Positions 1 to 10,248 of a DNA stretch of 64,000 bases are shown piece after piece (positions within the stretch are counted from its first letter, which is position 1; every line of letters starts with the position of its first letter). The DNA lies in assembly GCA_013178305.1 (NCBI GenBank), contig JABLXB010000001.1, positions 140,203 to 204,202 of the forward strand, written 5' to 3'. Made by a program: the position numbers and the translations under genes. This stretch comes from Bacillota bacterium. Lineage in GTDB: Bacteria; Bacillota; Sulfobacillia; JABLXB01. The notes under the pieces were generated by a model. The model was not told where the DNA came from. It saw only the letters and a program-made list of their open reading frames with translations, and ran no database searches.

Positions 1-826
1 ACGTCCACCGTGCGCGAGTGGCGCTCACCCATGATGGTCAGCTTCCCGGCGGCGATGCGCCGCTCCCGCACGTCCCCGGCCGGGGTCCTGATGACCACCG
101 CTGAACGGTTGCCGATGAGCGCACGGGCTATGGGCACCACCGCTTTGGTTTCCTCGGGGCCCAGCCCAAATACGGTAGCAATGCCGTAAGGATTCGCCAG
201 CGTGGTGATTGCCGAACCCGGCGCGGAAACCTCGATGGCCGAGAGCATCCCTAGCGGAACCTTTTCGATAAGCCGCACCTCATCGACCACCGGAAGCGGC
301 TTCGAAAGCCGGTTGGCGATCAGCACACCGTCGTCGCGCTGGGCTATCACACCCTGAACATCTATGCCCCGAGCCAGGGCACGGTTGATCGCCTCAGCCG
401 CCACCGCGAAGTCCCAGCTGGCCGGGACTACCACGAGCACCTTCGTGCCCGGCGCCTGCAGCGAGAGGTCCGCGATCGGCGTGGTGAAGCCCGTGCCCAG
501 GCCCAGTCCCCCAGGAGTAGCGGGGTTGTGGCCGATCATCGTGGATTCGGTGATCACCGTTTCCGTGATGGTCTCCATGGCCACATCCCCGATGACTGGG
601 GTCGCCTCGTTGATGCGGATGAGGTCAAGATCCTTGAGCCCTAACCCCGCTTTGTCCAGGGCCTGACGAAGGGCGCTGAAGATTCCGTGCAGGTTCTGGC
701 GCGTTCCCTTGATCCCGGTGGTAGGGACCAGGCTGCTGGCCAAGAACTTTAAGCCATCAGCGCCGATCTCGGCCAGGGCAACCTCGGTTGTAGCATTTCC
801 TACGTCCACTCCGGCGAGGTGCCGCA
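1..826 (-). CDS. pduG: diol dehydratase reactivase large (alpha) subunit PduG/DdrA, 3'-truncated by the window edge
   Basis: Minus-strand translation from TTG at 826 (GGAGGT RBS 7 nt upstream) gives LRHLAGVDVGNATTEVALAE...VIGDVAMETITETVITESTMIGHNP...IARALIGNRSAVV, matching DhaF/PduG actin-like reactivase. The ORF runs off the left edge. Confidence 0.9.
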
Positions 827-875
827 AGGTATCTACCTCCAACACCCGACTGGACGCCAGGTGTCTCGCGTAGTC

Positions 876-1406
876 TCAAGCGCTGCGCAACCGGCCGCGC
901 CGCTCGTACACCTCGGCGGCCTCCCGCACCAGAGCCGCGTTCATGCTGGCGCCGTACTTCTGTTCGATCTCATCGGCAATGGCCAGGAGCTCCTGCTTGG
1001 TGGAACGATACGGCCGAAGGGCCCGGTAGATCTCGAGGATGCGCTCGTCGGGGATCCGCGTGAGCTCAGCGGCGCGCCGGAGGTTGCGGGCAAACTGGGG
1101 CCGGCCGGCTTTCTCGGCAATCCCTGCCTGCATCTCCAGCGTCTCGGGCGTGATGCGGACGTCCTGGGGAGTGATGTCGCCCTTGAGCACTGCCTCGAGC
1201 GTAATATCGGACAGCGGTTTGCCGTTAGGTGTCTTCACCAGTCCCGGGCGTTTAGTGGCCAGCGGGTAGTCGCGGGCGGGGTCCAGGCTGGGCTTGTTCA
1301 CCGCTCCTGCTGCGAAGGCCGGGGCGGACGCCTGGTTGGCCTGCACCGACTTGAGTACTTCCCGCACGATCTGTTCAATAAGACTCTCTTGCACCACATG
1401 CGTCAC
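876..1406 (-). CDS. pduE: B12-dependent propanediol/glycerol dehydratase small (gamma) subunit
   Basis: 176 aa, the typical small-subunit size and sequence. It directly follows the medium subunit gene and has a GGGGAGGTG RBS. Confidence 0.9.
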   Translation of the reverse strand: MTHVVQESLIEQIVREVLKSVQANQASAPAFAAGAVNKPSLDPARDYPLATKRPGLVKTPNGKPLSDITLEAVLKGDITPQDVRITPETLEMQAGIAEKAGRPQFARNLRRAAELTRIPDERILEIYRALRPYRSTKQELLAIADEIEQKYGASMNAALVREAAEVYERRGRLRSA

Positions 1407-1414
1407 CTCCCCTA

Positions 1415-2062
1415 TTAGAAGCTAACGGCAAGCTCAACCGGTTTCGCGTTGCGGTCTACGTGCTGGGTCTCCTTGATGTGAAGTACCGCCGCCACAGCCT
1501 GGTACTTGGGACGGGCCATCTGATCGTTCTCAGTAGGCACCGGGCTCGGGGAACCGCCCTTCGCGTACCGGGCCGCGTTCCGCCCAATTGCCCGGTAGGT
1601 CTCTGGCTTGAGCAGCGGGCACTGGGGGAACAGTTCGAGGTTGGAGAGCGGGTCGAGGTCCTTTTGGTGGATGACTGTAGTACCGCGGGACTGGATGCCA
1701 ATGCCGATGCCCGACCCGGAGAGCTTGGCGGCCGTGTGCGCAACAAAAGCCACGTCCGAAGTGTGCCGTACCCGGATTGCGCGTGCCCGCAGGCCTTCTT
1801 CCTCGATCCCGGCGATCATCTCGCGCAGGACGACGGCATGGGGAATCCCAAGGATCGTTTTTCTCTGGTGAAGCCCGAAAGCTGGCGCCAGGCCGATCAC
1901 CACCTCGTCACCCTTCGTCCCGCGCTGCGCCGGGCCCAGCTCCTTCTCACCTACCGGCGCGGGGGGGGCATCTGGCAACGAAGTCTTGGCCGGCCGCGCC
2001 TGTCCCATACTGGCCAGAACTTCTTCTACCACCTGGCGAACGAGCTGTTCGTTAATCTGCAT
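1415..2062 (-). CDS. pduD: propanediol/glycerol dehydratase medium (beta) subunit
   Basis: 215 aa, positioned between the large and small subunit genes; sequence typical of PduD/DhaB2. Confidence 0.9.
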   Translation of the reverse strand: MQINEQLVRQVVEEVLASMGQARPAKTSLPDAPPAPVGEKELGPAQRGTKGDEVVIGLAPAFGLHQRKTILGIPHAVVLREMIAGIEEEGLRARAIRVRHTSDVAFVAHTAAKLSGSGIGIGIQSRGTTVIHQKDLDPLSNLELFPQCPLLKPETYRAIGRNAARYAKGGSPSPVPTENDQMARPKYQAVAAVLHIKETQHVDRNAKPVELAVSF

Positions 2063-2091
2063 ACCTTTCCACCCCTTTCTTCAGCCGGTTT

Positions 2092-3759
2092 TCAGCCAAT
2101 TTGATCCGGGCGCATGGCCCACGGGATGTTCTTGATCTCTTCCCAGCGCTCGGGTGAGAGGCGATAACCCGTGCCAGGGCCGGCGTAGTCGTTGGGATCG
2201 TTGATGGCGCTTCTCATAACAAAGTTCTTGTCGATGACCGCGGATGTGTGCAGGTAATCGCCCGACACGCGCTGCTTCAGCATCCCGAGCACGTTGTTCG
2301 CCACATCCTCAAAGCCGTTCTTGGCCAGGGCCTTCACGATGTCGAGGCCCGTGACAGGACCCTTGAAGAGCTCCTGAGCCGCCTTGAGGTCCTCCACCAC
2401 GTTACGCTCGGGCATCTCTTTGCTGCCGTGCGCATAGGTAGCCGCCTCAACCTCTTCGTCGGTAATTGGAGGCAGGCCAAGTTCCCTGAAGATCGCCTGA
2501 AGCGCCCGGGCCGCCTTGTTGCGGATGGCGATGACCTCTTCCTCGGAAACCGGACACAGGCCGCCGTCTACCATGAGGTCGCGCTGCAGTACCAGGTAAT
2601 CGTCATAGTCCTCGGCGTCGAAGTTGGAGCCGGCGAACATGTTATCGTAGTTCGGTACGGCGCTGTAACCCGAGAAGATGAGGTCAGTCCCGGGCAGGAA
2701 CTGCATCATTGTGCGGGCTGTCCGCCGGATATCGGAATGGCTGAAGGTCTGATCGTTGCCGGAGGCGACCTCCAGGTCGAGCATGGTGGTGATGAGGTTT
2801 TCGGCCAGCACCGCTCGGATGCCGCTGGGCACGGCGCCAGGCACGCCGATGCAGCTGATGGACCCGTTCTGCAGCCCCTGCACTCCGGCGCCCTTGGTGA
2901 TGTACACGCACTTGGCTTCGAGATAAAGCATTGATTTGCCCTCAGCGTAACCCATCTGAACCTCGGAGCCGGTCCCTGAGGTAAAGCGCATCTTGAGGCC
3001 ACGCGAAGCGTAAGCGGAGGCCAGGAATGCCTTCGACCAGGGCGTATCGTCGCCGTCGACGAACACATTCTCAGTGCCGTATACGGAGATGGTCTCCGCG
3101 TACGCCGTAAAGCCCTTCATGCCAAGCTGGAGTTCGGTTGCCTCTTCCAGCGCGCACTGGGTAAGGACGCCGCCCCGTCCTGTCTGCGAGCCGACGAGAA
3201 GGGCGAGGGCATTAAAGGGAGCATAGCGTACTACGCCCACCGTCGTCTCGAGCTCGTCGAACCCGCGGAAGGCGGCTTCGGCCCCCTCGGCGGCGATTTG
3301 TACAGGGTTGTCGCGCAGGCTGGTGACGTGGGCCTGGTTGCCGGGCGTCTTGCGGCAACGAACCTTCTGCAGGGCCATCATCATCTCAACCACGTTCATG
3401 TGGCCCAGGACCTCGCAGATCTTTGCCGGGGTCATGGCCGTGGTGAGCCTGACGATCTCGGAACGCGGCACGTTGACATCGACGATCATCCTGGCCAGTC
3501 CCTGAGAGTCCATGCCAACTACTTTTTCGGCCAGTTCCAAATTTATGGCGTGGTCGGCAATGAACTGTTCGATCATATCGAACTCGCTGCGCGGCTTCCC
3601 GTCCATCTCCACCACGCGGCCGTTTTCGATCCTGATGCTGGGTTTAGGATCGTTTGGGCCGTTCATGGCTACAAGACCCACGTCAGCCCACTCCTGCACG
3701 AAACCGTCCTGGTGGACCGGCCGCTCCTTCAAGACCTCGAAGCGCTTGGATCTGTTCAA
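2092..3759 (-). CDS. pduC: propanediol/glycerol dehydratase large (alpha) subunit, adenosylcobalamin-dependent
   Basis: 555 aa with a strong family-level match to PduC/DhaB1, e.g. segments RFTSGTGSEVQMGYAEGKSMLYLEAKC and SDIRRTARTMMQFLPGTDLIFSGY. Confidence 0.95.
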   Translation of the reverse strand: MNRSKRFEVLKERPVHQDGFVQEWADVGLVAMNGPNDPKPSIRIENGRVVEMDGKPRSEFDMIEQFIADHAINLELAEKVVGMDSQGLARMIVDVNVPRSEIVRLTTAMTPAKICEVLGHMNVVEMMMALQKVRCRKTPGNQAHVTSLRDNPVQIAAEGAEAAFRGFDELETTVGVVRYAPFNALALLVGSQTGRGGVLTQCALEEATELQLGMKGFTAYAETISVYGTENVFVDGDDTPWSKAFLASAYASRGLKMRFTSGTGSEVQMGYAEGKSMLYLEAKCVYITKGAGVQGLQNGSISCIGVPGAVPSGIRAVLAENLITTMLDLEVASGNDQTFSHSDIRRTARTMMQFLPGTDLIFSGYSAVPNYDNMFAGSNFDAEDYDDYLVLQRDLMVDGGLCPVSEEEVIAIRNKAARALQAIFRELGLPPITDEEVEAATYAHGSKEMPERNVVEDLKAAQELFKGPVTGLDIVKALAKNGFEDVANNVLGMLKQRVSGDYLHTSAVIDKNFVMRSAINDPNDYAGPGTGYRLSPERWEEIKNIPWAMRPDQIG

Positions 3760-3919
3760 GGATTATCCCTCCTTGCTCGGTAATCTCGCGCCCCCGCAAA
3801 GCGCCCGTTACGGCTGTCCCCCGTGGCATTCCCCCACAGCACAGGCGCGCCCACGCACGGTTTGCCCCGGCTCCTGGAGCGCCGGTCCAAGGCGCCGCGC
3901 GGGGAATACCACGGTAAAT

Positions 3920-4711
3920 TCAGATGTAGGGCTTGCCGGTAACGGAAGCGGGGGCTGCACCCAGGGACCCGAGGAGCTTCAGGCCCACTTCGCGGGCCGC
4001 TATAAGCGCCTGGCGTACAGCGCCCGAGTCGCCGCTGATGAAAAGGATGACCTCGTTGGAGAAGCTGGTGCCCTTGGCTGGACTGGCATAACCAATGGCA
4101 TCCACATTGGCCGCCTTGACTGCCGTATCGGCCATGACAACGCCGATTCCGGCTGGAGCGCCTACAGTGAGGCCGAAGGCCTTGCCGATGGGGGCGCTAA
4201 AGGCCTTATTGCAGGCGAAGCTGGCGCGCGCGGTGTACTGGAACTCCAGGTGGCCGGCGTCGTTGGCGTAAACATCCCCAAAAGTGCGCTCCAGCTCTTT
4301 AAGGGCTACTTCCACCGCCCGCCGGGCATCGCTCACCTCTTCAGCGCCGAAGATGATGAGGCTGCCGTGGCCCGCCCCACCTTTAGTGTCACGCGCCAGC
4401 TGGATGCTGACGATTTCCGTGTTGGTGGCCTTGACCGCCTCGTCGGCCGCCATGATCTGCGGGCCGGCTCCGGTGCGGCCGCTCAAAACGCCGATGGAAC
4501 GGTACCTGGGGTCGATTCCCATGCGCTCGTGCACAGCGGGGTCAACGTTGGCAATGACGAGACCGATGGTCTCCCCCAGCGCAGTGCCGACAAATTCCGT
4601 GATGTTGCACGCGAAAGCCTTGAGTGGGACGGCCGGTTGCGCGGCCGGCGCTGCGGCCTCGGCTTTCTTAAGGACTTCCTGGACGATCTTTTCGACCAGT
4701 TCATCTTTCAT
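3920..4711 (-). CDS. pduB: BMC shell protein with tandem BMC domains (PduB-type)
   Basis: 263 aa with tandem BMC-domain composition, in the canonical position between pduA and pduC. Confidence 0.9.
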   Translation of the reverse strand: MKDELVEKIVQEVLKKAEAAAPAAQPAVPLKAFACNITEFVGTALGETIGLVIANVDPAVHERMGIDPRYRSIGVLSGRTGAGPQIMAADEAVKATNTEIVSIQLARDTKGGAGHGSLIIFGAEEVSDARRAVEVALKELERTFGDVYANDAGHLEFQYTARASFACNKAFSAPIGKAFGLTVGAPAGIGVVMADTAVKAANVDAIGYASPAKGTSFSNEVILFISGDSGAVRQALIAAREVGLKLLGSLGAAPASVTGKPYI

Positions 4712-4760
4712 CAGTCATTCGCACCTCCGTGCTGGATTGAGGATCGGGGGGTGACGAGCC

Positions 4761-5036
4761 TTATCCTTTAGGGAGGATCTTCTCCGTATCGGTGTGGGGC
4801 CGCGGGATCACGTGGACGGAAACAACCTCGCCAACCTTCTGCGCCGCCGCAGCGCCAGCGTCCGTAGCCGCCTTGACAGCACCCACGTCACCGCGTACCA
4901 TCACCGTGACCAACCCGGAACCGATCTTCTCGTACCCGATGAGCGTAACGTTGGCTGCCTTCACCATAGCGTCGGCCGCCTCAATGGCCCCTACCAGGCC
5001 CTTCGTCTCCACCATTCCCAGGGCTTCCAGCGCCAT
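4761..5036 (-). CDS. pduA: BMC-H hexameric shell protein
   Basis: 91 aa beginning [30 protein letters not shown], the classic BMC-domain signature. Confidence 0.9.
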   Translation of the reverse strand: MALEALGMVETKGLVGAIEAADAMVKAANVTLIGYEKIGSGLVTVMVRGDVGAVKAATDAGAAAAQKVGEVVSVHVIPRPHTDTEKILPKG

Positions 5037-5070
5037 CCTGTCTGTACCTCCTTCTCAAAATACTCTGACT

Positions 5071-5565
5071 CTATCCGGAGCCCCCGTCTTTTCCCCTGTG
5101 CTCCTCACCCCCTCCGTGTGCTTTCCCAGGGCCTGCTCTGAACGATTCCAGGTTGGCTGCCAGAGCAGCCAGACCATAACCGGTGAGAGCCGAGACGGTA
5201 AAGTACGGTTCCTCAACCCCGGCCAGCGCCAGCTCCTCGCTCGCCGCCTTAAGGCTTGCGCCCGGTACGTCGGTCTTCGTGATAACGCCCAGCACCGGCC
5301 GGCAGAAGGAGGACGCAAAACCCGGGGGCGGGCGAAAATGCGGGCCGGCCGCGGCAGTTACCCACAGGACCACGTCCGCCTGCTGTGCGGTAACGAGAAG
5401 CGCCCGGTAGAAACGCGGGAGTTCCAGGTACTCGCCAGGCGTGTCCAGGGCAGCGCCCGTGCACTCGATCATCTGGGTCTTAGCGGCTTTGCCGCCACAA
5501 CCCACCAGGGCGCGTATCAGCGTGGTCTTTCCGGCGCCGCGCGGCCCCACAACCAGGTAGCGCAT
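5071..5565 (-). CDS. pduV: EutP/PduV family small GTPase
   Basis: P-loop GPRGAGKTT and an LDTPGEYLE motif, as in Salmonella PduV/EutP; about 160 aa. Confidence 0.75.
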   Translation of the reverse strand: MRYLVVGPRGAGKTTLIRALVGCGGKAAKTQMIECTGAALDTPGEYLELPRFYRALLVTAQQADVVLWVTAAAGPHFRPPPGFASSFCRPVLGVITKTDVPGASLKAASEELALAGVEEPYFTVSALTGYGLAALAANLESFRAGPGKAHGGGEEHRGKDGGSG

Positions 5566-5566
5566 C

Positions 5567-5908
5567 TCACGAGCGGGTCAGCGGCGCAGCCTGGAAGCCG
5601 AGCTCGTGGCTGAGGAAAGTCGTTGCCTCCCGCAGGGCCGTCTCCACCGCGCTCACCGGCCCCGTGACCACCAGGGACCCCGTGAAGCGATCCACAAAGC
5701 CCACCTCGACCGCCGCCATCTTGACCGCACGGTCCGCAGCGACAATCGCCGCTTCGCTCGGCGTTATTGTCATGATGCCGATGGCCTGCCCCGCCGTGAG
5801 ACCCAGCTTCTCCGCCAGATTCGATTGCGGGTGGGCGATCAGATGAGCCAGGGTCACCTGTTTGCCAGGTACGTACTCCTGGACGACGCGCGGCTTCTCT
5901 TCCGGCAC
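5567..5908 (-). CDS. pduU: circularly permuted BMC shell protein (PduU/EutS type)
   Basis: 113 aa containing [20 protein letters not shown] and [16 protein letters not shown], near-identical motifs to PduU. Confidence 0.8.
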   Translation of the reverse strand: MPEEKPRVVQEYVPGKQVTLAHLIAHPQSNLAEKLGLTAGQAIGIMTITPSEAAIVAADRAVKMAAVEVGFVDRFTGSLVVTGPVSAVETALREATTFLSHELGFQAAPLTRS

Positions 5909-6092
5909 GCCCTTGCCCCCTCAGATTCGAGCGCTTGTTGCTTCGCCCTATCCGATCCCGTTCCTTGAACGCTTTTTGCCGGAAGGCGATGCCATGTTGT
6001 CCTTTCTTTACAGGTTGGCAGGGGGCCTGAGGGTATGTCTTTCGTGGAAGCAAGAGGGGAAGAAGGTGGCGGGTACGTTCTTGCGCTTTCTC

Positions 6093-7739
6093 TTACTTTT
6101 TTTGCCCGTCGGTGGAGCCCCACAATTCCTCGCGGGCCGCGCGGAACCGCTGTTGCCGGTACTCGCCGGGGCTCATGCCGAAGTGACGGCGGAAGATGCG
6201 GCTGAAATAGTTGGCCTCGGCGTAGCCTACCCTCTCCGCGATGGCGGCCACCGTGTCGTTGGTCCGCGCGAGGAGCTTCTTGCCCTCTTCCAGGCGTAGC
6301 TGTGTCAAGTAGTCCATAAAGTTAACCCCCTCCTTTTCCTTGAAGAGACGGCTGAGGTGGAAAGGGCTAAGGTGAACCTTCTTGGCCACGTCCTCCAGGG
6401 AGACGGATTCGCGGAAGTGTTCGTTTATGTAGCACTTAGCTTGCCCTATAACCTCGTTTCGAACGGCCGCTTGGCTAGCCTGGACCGCCGCAAGGCACCG
6501 TTCCAGCACGGACCAGACCCACTCTTCCACGGCGCGCGCCGTCCGCGCCGCGGCAAGCTCCTCCAACGAGGCACGCTGCAGTGCCGCCAGCACCTCAGGT
6601 CCTGCCCCGCCTTCCATGGCCGCGCGCGTAAGTGCACCCGCGAGCTCTAACGAGTGGGCACGAATAATCTCGGCCTGGCCCGCTGCAGCCGTGCTGAACC
6701 TTTGCCATAGCTCGCGAAATGCAGCACGGGCAGGCTCGGCCTCGGCCAACCGCATGTTCTGCACCAGGCGCATCTCCAGCTGGTAGGGATAGTCTGTGAT
6801 CTCACCGCCGGAGCGCTCCAGATCAGAACTCACAACCACCTCGTCCGAGCCAAAGAAGCTCCCGTACTGAACGGCACGCTGCGCAGCGGCGTAGGAGAGA
6901 GGTACCTCGGCCAAGTCCGCACAGGTCGTTCCCACACCCACCGTGACCGTGCAGGGAGTGGATGACGCCACCTCCGCCCGCAGCTTTTCAGCGAGCTCCC
7001 GTCCCTCCCGATTACCGCCCGACACCTGCGCCAAAACCAGGAACGTGTCGCTCGCCATGGGGGTCACCAGGGCCTGGGCGCCATTCTGCGCAGTGCGGAG
7101 CAAAGCCTCGTAGACGTCTTTCTTGAGTACCTGACGTTCCACTTCGCGCCTGGCCCGGGTAGCAGCCGCAAAGTGGTCGATATCAACCAGGAGCACCTGG
7201 TAAGGGCCGGAGGTCAAACCGAGGAACCTGGCCCGTTCCTCCATCTGGGCCAGGTCCGTACTGCGGTCGCTCACCAGGTCCAGCACCAGGCCAGTAGTGA
7301 TTAAAGGCATCATCGCCTCCAGTTCCCGGCGTAGCCGCTTGTCTTCCTCCTCCCGAGCTGTAGCCTCCGCCAACTCAAGGCACATCTTGTCTACCACACG
7401 CAGGATTTCCTGGGGCCGTGCCGGTTTGAGCAGGTAATCACTGGCCCCCAGCTTCAGGGCTCGTTGTGCGAAGTCGAATTCGTCGTAGGCCGTCAGCACT
7501 ACCACCTTCAACCCCGGCGCAGCCTCCTTTAAGGCCCGGGTAGCCTCGAGCCCGCTCATCCCCGGCATCTGAATGTCCATGAATACAATGTCGGGCTTCA
7601 ATTCCCGGGCCAGATTGAGACCTACGCGCCCCGAGCCAGCCTGGCCTACCACCTTTACCTGGGGCCGCTCACGCTCCAGGATAAAACGGATGGCCTCGCA
7701 CTCCAGAGGTTCGTCGTCTATCAGAAGCATCTTGACCAT
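6093..7739 (-). CDS. two-component response regulator with a CheY receiver, a long linker and an AraC-type HTH output (YesN-like)
   Basis: N-terminal MVKMLLIDDEP...DIVFMDIQMPGMSGLE receiver. C-terminal LEDVAKKVHLSPFHLSRLFK...AAIAERVGYAEANYFSRIFRRHFGMSPGEY AraC HTH. Confidence 0.85.
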   Translation of the reverse strand: MVKMLLIDDEPLECEAIRFILERERPQVKVVGQAGSGRVGLNLARELKPDIVFMDIQMPGMSGLEATRALKEAAPGLKVVVLTAYDEFDFAQRALKLGASDYLLKPARPQEILRVVDKMCLELAEATAREEEDKRLRRELEAMMPLITTGLVLDLVSDRSTDLAQMEERARFLGLTSGPYQVLLVDIDHFAAATRARREVERQVLKKDVYEALLRTAQNGAQALVTPMASDTFLVLAQVSGGNREGRELAEKLRAEVASSTPCTVTVGVGTTCADLAEVPLSYAAAQRAVQYGSFFGSDEVVVSSDLERSGGEITDYPYQLEMRLVQNMRLAEAEPARAAFRELWQRFSTAAAGQAEIIRAHSLELAGALTRAAMEGGAGPEVLAALQRASLEELAAARTARAVEEWVWSVLERCLAAVQASQAAVRNEVIGQAKCYINEHFRESVSLEDVAKKVHLSPFHLSRLFKEKEGVNFMDYLTQLRLEEGKKLLARTNDTVAAIAERVGYAEANYFSRIFRRHFGMSPGEYRQQRFRAAREELWGSTDGQKK

Positions 7740-8990
7740 TCAGATTCCCGCCTTGGCCGGCCGGTAGGGTAGGGTAAGGGTGATCTTGGTACCCTCACCA
7801 AACCGGCTCTGCACGTCCCGGTGATACCCTGCCCCAAAGTAATACTGCAGACGTTGGTGCACGTTGCTCATCCCCAGGCCAGTAAGGTGGCTGCGGCCCG
7901 AACGCTTGGACTCAAGACGAATGACCTCCTCGACCACCGTGGGCGGCATGCCTAACCCATCGTCAGCCACCTCAATGCGCACTCCCTCGCCTTCGCGCAG
8001 AGCCCGGATAACAAGGTGGCCGCCTTCCTCTTTCGGTTCCAAGCCGTGGACGATGGCGTTTTCTACCAGGGGCTGCAATGTAAGAAGCGGGATTTCCGAG
8101 TCCAAGCAGCTCTCGTCAATGTCCAGATCCACCTGAATGCGGTCACGAAAACGCGTCTGCTGAATAAGAAGGTAATGCCGGATGTAGGCGATCTCGTCGC
8201 GGAGCGTAGCCACCTGTCCGACCTTGCGCAGGCTACCGCGGAGAAGCTCAGCCAGGGCAAAGACCACCTCCTGCGTCTTGGCTGCTCCTTCCAAGAGGGC
8301 CAGACGGCTAATTGTGTTCAGCGTGTTGAAAAGGAAGTGCGGGTTGATTTGCGACTGCAATGCCTTGAGTTCAGCATCCTTTAGGGCCTTTTCCAGCTCG
8401 GCACGCGCCTTGACTTCCTCCACCAGACGGATATTCTGTTCGTTGAGCTGCTGCTGCACCATGCTGGCCACGCCCTTTTCAGCTATGTAGTTTGCGATTG
8501 TATACATAAGCTGGGCAGAGGCCATTACCTTGGCAAATAACATGGTGGGGATGCCTTCCATGAGTTGTTTTGACTCGGGGATCTGCGCGATGTTTAGCCC
8601 GGGTTTGGCAATCCGGTCTAAAGTGGCCATGGTCTCTTCCTCGACGAGTACCTGGCCAGCCATAATGGACCCGAGGTACTGCCCGTTCACAACTATGGGG
8701 GCGGCCAGGTCAACGAGCCCCATGTGACAGCGGTAAATGTAGGGACGGCCCTCGCGCACCGCCTCCAGCCCTGCGTGGGCATCGGACTGCTCACAGCCCT
8801 CGCGCCCCTTGGGATACTGGCGAACCCGGGCACAAAACGGGCGGAAGTTACTGTACCGTACTATGGGCTTCCCCTGGAAATCCACAATAATTGACGCAAG
8901 CCCCGTGGCATCGGAAAAGCGGTCCTGAATCTCCTGCAGCACAGAGACATCTACTGCGTCGCGCAGGTAAAAATGGCGCTGTAGAGCCAT
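7740..8990 (-). CDS. sensor histidine kinase with an N-terminal PocR sensory domain and C-terminal His_kinase/HATPase_c (LytS/YesM type)
   Basis: The N-terminus (DFQGKPIVRYSNFRPFCARVRQ...GCEQSDAHAGLEAVREGRPYIYRCHMGLVDLAAPIVVNGQYLGSIMAGQV) resembles the PocR ligand-binding domain. The H-box is NPHFLFNTLNTI. The C-terminal ATPase carries DDGLGM and LTGLGMSNV motifs. Confidence 0.85.
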   Translation of the reverse strand: MALQRHFYLRDAVDVSVLQEIQDRFSDATGLASIIVDFQGKPIVRYSNFRPFCARVRQYPKGREGCEQSDAHAGLEAVREGRPYIYRCHMGLVDLAAPIVVNGQYLGSIMAGQVLVEEETMATLDRIAKPGLNIAQIPESKQLMEGIPTMLFAKVMASAQLMYTIANYIAEKGVASMVQQQLNEQNIRLVEEVKARAELEKALKDAELKALQSQINPHFLFNTLNTISRLALLEGAAKTQEVVFALAELLRGSLRKVGQVATLRDEIAYIRHYLLIQQTRFRDRIQVDLDIDESCLDSEIPLLTLQPLVENAIVHGLEPKEEGGHLVIRALREGEGVRIEVADDGLGMPPTVVEEVIRLESKRSGRSHLTGLGMSNVHQRLQYYFGAGYHRDVQSRFGEGTKITLTLPYRPAKAGI

Positions 8991-9558
8991 CCTTCCCCCT
9001 CCTTTGAGCCGTTCGCTGCCCTTGTCCGTTCCGCGATCGCTCCGAAGGATAGCACCTCTTACACTGCCCCGGCATTGCCGAGGACCCCGCAGGTTTCGCC
9101 GTGAGAGAAAACAGACGTGTTGACTGGTGATAGCGTGCCTCCGTTCGAGACAGCCGCGCGTTCCCTATCTAGCTAGGCCCCTGATGATCCTGCTCTCCGT
9201 ACTGTTTACCCTGGTCTGCAGCCCACTTCCGGGGGAATTGATCTGGATCGGCTATGAACTCGACTGCCTGCAGGCATTGCAGCTTTGCAGGCCACCTTTC
9301 ATGTCGAAAACCCGCCGAAAAATGCCGCTGGCCCATTAGGAGGCGAAAACCGCTACTCCAAGGTAACAGGTTGAATCCATTTGTCGGCCTTCATCCTTTT
9401 GCCCAAGAAGGTTTCCACTCCAGTCTAATAATTCCTTTGGGTACTCGCTTGTAGACGCCGGCGTCAATTCGTTGGCCCGGCAGGTTTATGATTTCACCGC
9501 GAAGAAAAGAACAGGCCGGTATCACTTCCAGACAGGTTACTTGGGGAGGAAAGTGACA

Positions 9559-10077
9559 ATGGAAGAATCTCTCAGCATTATTGCCCAGATGATGGCGGTC
9601 GCGGCCAGGACGGCACCCAAGGCCGCGGGCCAGGATTTCGTGACGATCAAGGTCGTGACGGGCGGCGACGTGCAACAGCTTGCGAACGCGATGGACGAAT
9701 TCGGCAAGGAATCGGGAAAGGCCAACTTCGACAGGGACGCGGCTAACGTGAGATCGTCACCAGCCGTGCTCCTGCTGGGGCTGAAGGACGCCAAGACACT
9801 CGGGCTGAACTGCGGCGCATGTGGGGTTTCGAAGTGCGCCGATCTGAAGAAGGTGGAAGGGCCCGAATTCGCCGGCGGGCTCTGCGCCTGGCGAATCATG
9901 GATCTCGGGATCGCGCTCGGCTCGGCCGCCAAGACCGCCAGCATCTTCAACGCGGACAACCGGATGATGTACCGCGCCGGCGTCGCCGCTCGCAGGATTG
10001 GAATGATAGACGCGGACGTCGTGGTGGGCATCCCGATTTCGGCGACGGGCAAGAGTATCTACTTCGACAGGAAGTAG
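9559..10077 (+). CDS. hypothetical cysteine-containing protein (LNCGACGVSKC motif), possibly a ferredoxin-like DUF
   Basis: ORF in the track; ATG at 9559 is preferred because of a GGGGAGGAAAGTGACA RBS. No confident family assignment. Confidence 0.45.
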   Translation: MEESLSIIAQMMAVAARTAPKAAGQDFVTIKVVTGGDVQQLANAMDEFGKESGKANFDRDAANVRSSPAVLLLGLKDAKTLGLNCGACGVSKCADLKKVEGPEFAGGLCAWRIMDLGIALGSAAKTASIFNADNRMMYRAGVAARRIGMIDADVVVGIPISATGKSIYFDRK

Positions 10078-10248
10078 TGTAAGAGCGGCAATCGTCACGG
10101 ATGACCGCGAGATCGTCAATGCGGCAGACGCGACGGGAGTCCAATTGCATAGGCTGCCGTAATGCCTGAGGGGCAGGGCTCAGTTCCAGCCCTGCCCCAT
10201 CACACCCAGTACGCTCAGAGGAGATCTCCAGAAGTATAAATTCACCTC

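Noticed and set aside
364-666. 100-aa plus-strand ORF inside the pduG region
   Set aside because: It is antisense to the confidently identified reactivase gene and has no homology.
3512-4771. Long plus-strand ORF (419 aa) overlapping pduB/pduC in antisense; similar antisense ORFs lie at 819..1418, 17928..19190, 19583..21223, 20983..21801, 24673..25611, 27713..29197 and 15940..16758
   Set aside because: High-GC genomes generate long stop-free antisense frames. The products are low-complexity (Ala/Arg/Pro/Ser-rich), lack RBSs, and overlap genes with strong homology on the other strand.
5909-6092. Terminator-like T-run (CTTACTTTTTTTGCC) between the response-regulator gene and pduU
   Set aside because: The T-run is on the non-transcribed strand for both flanking minus-strand genes, and no adjacent stable hairpin was found on the minus strand.
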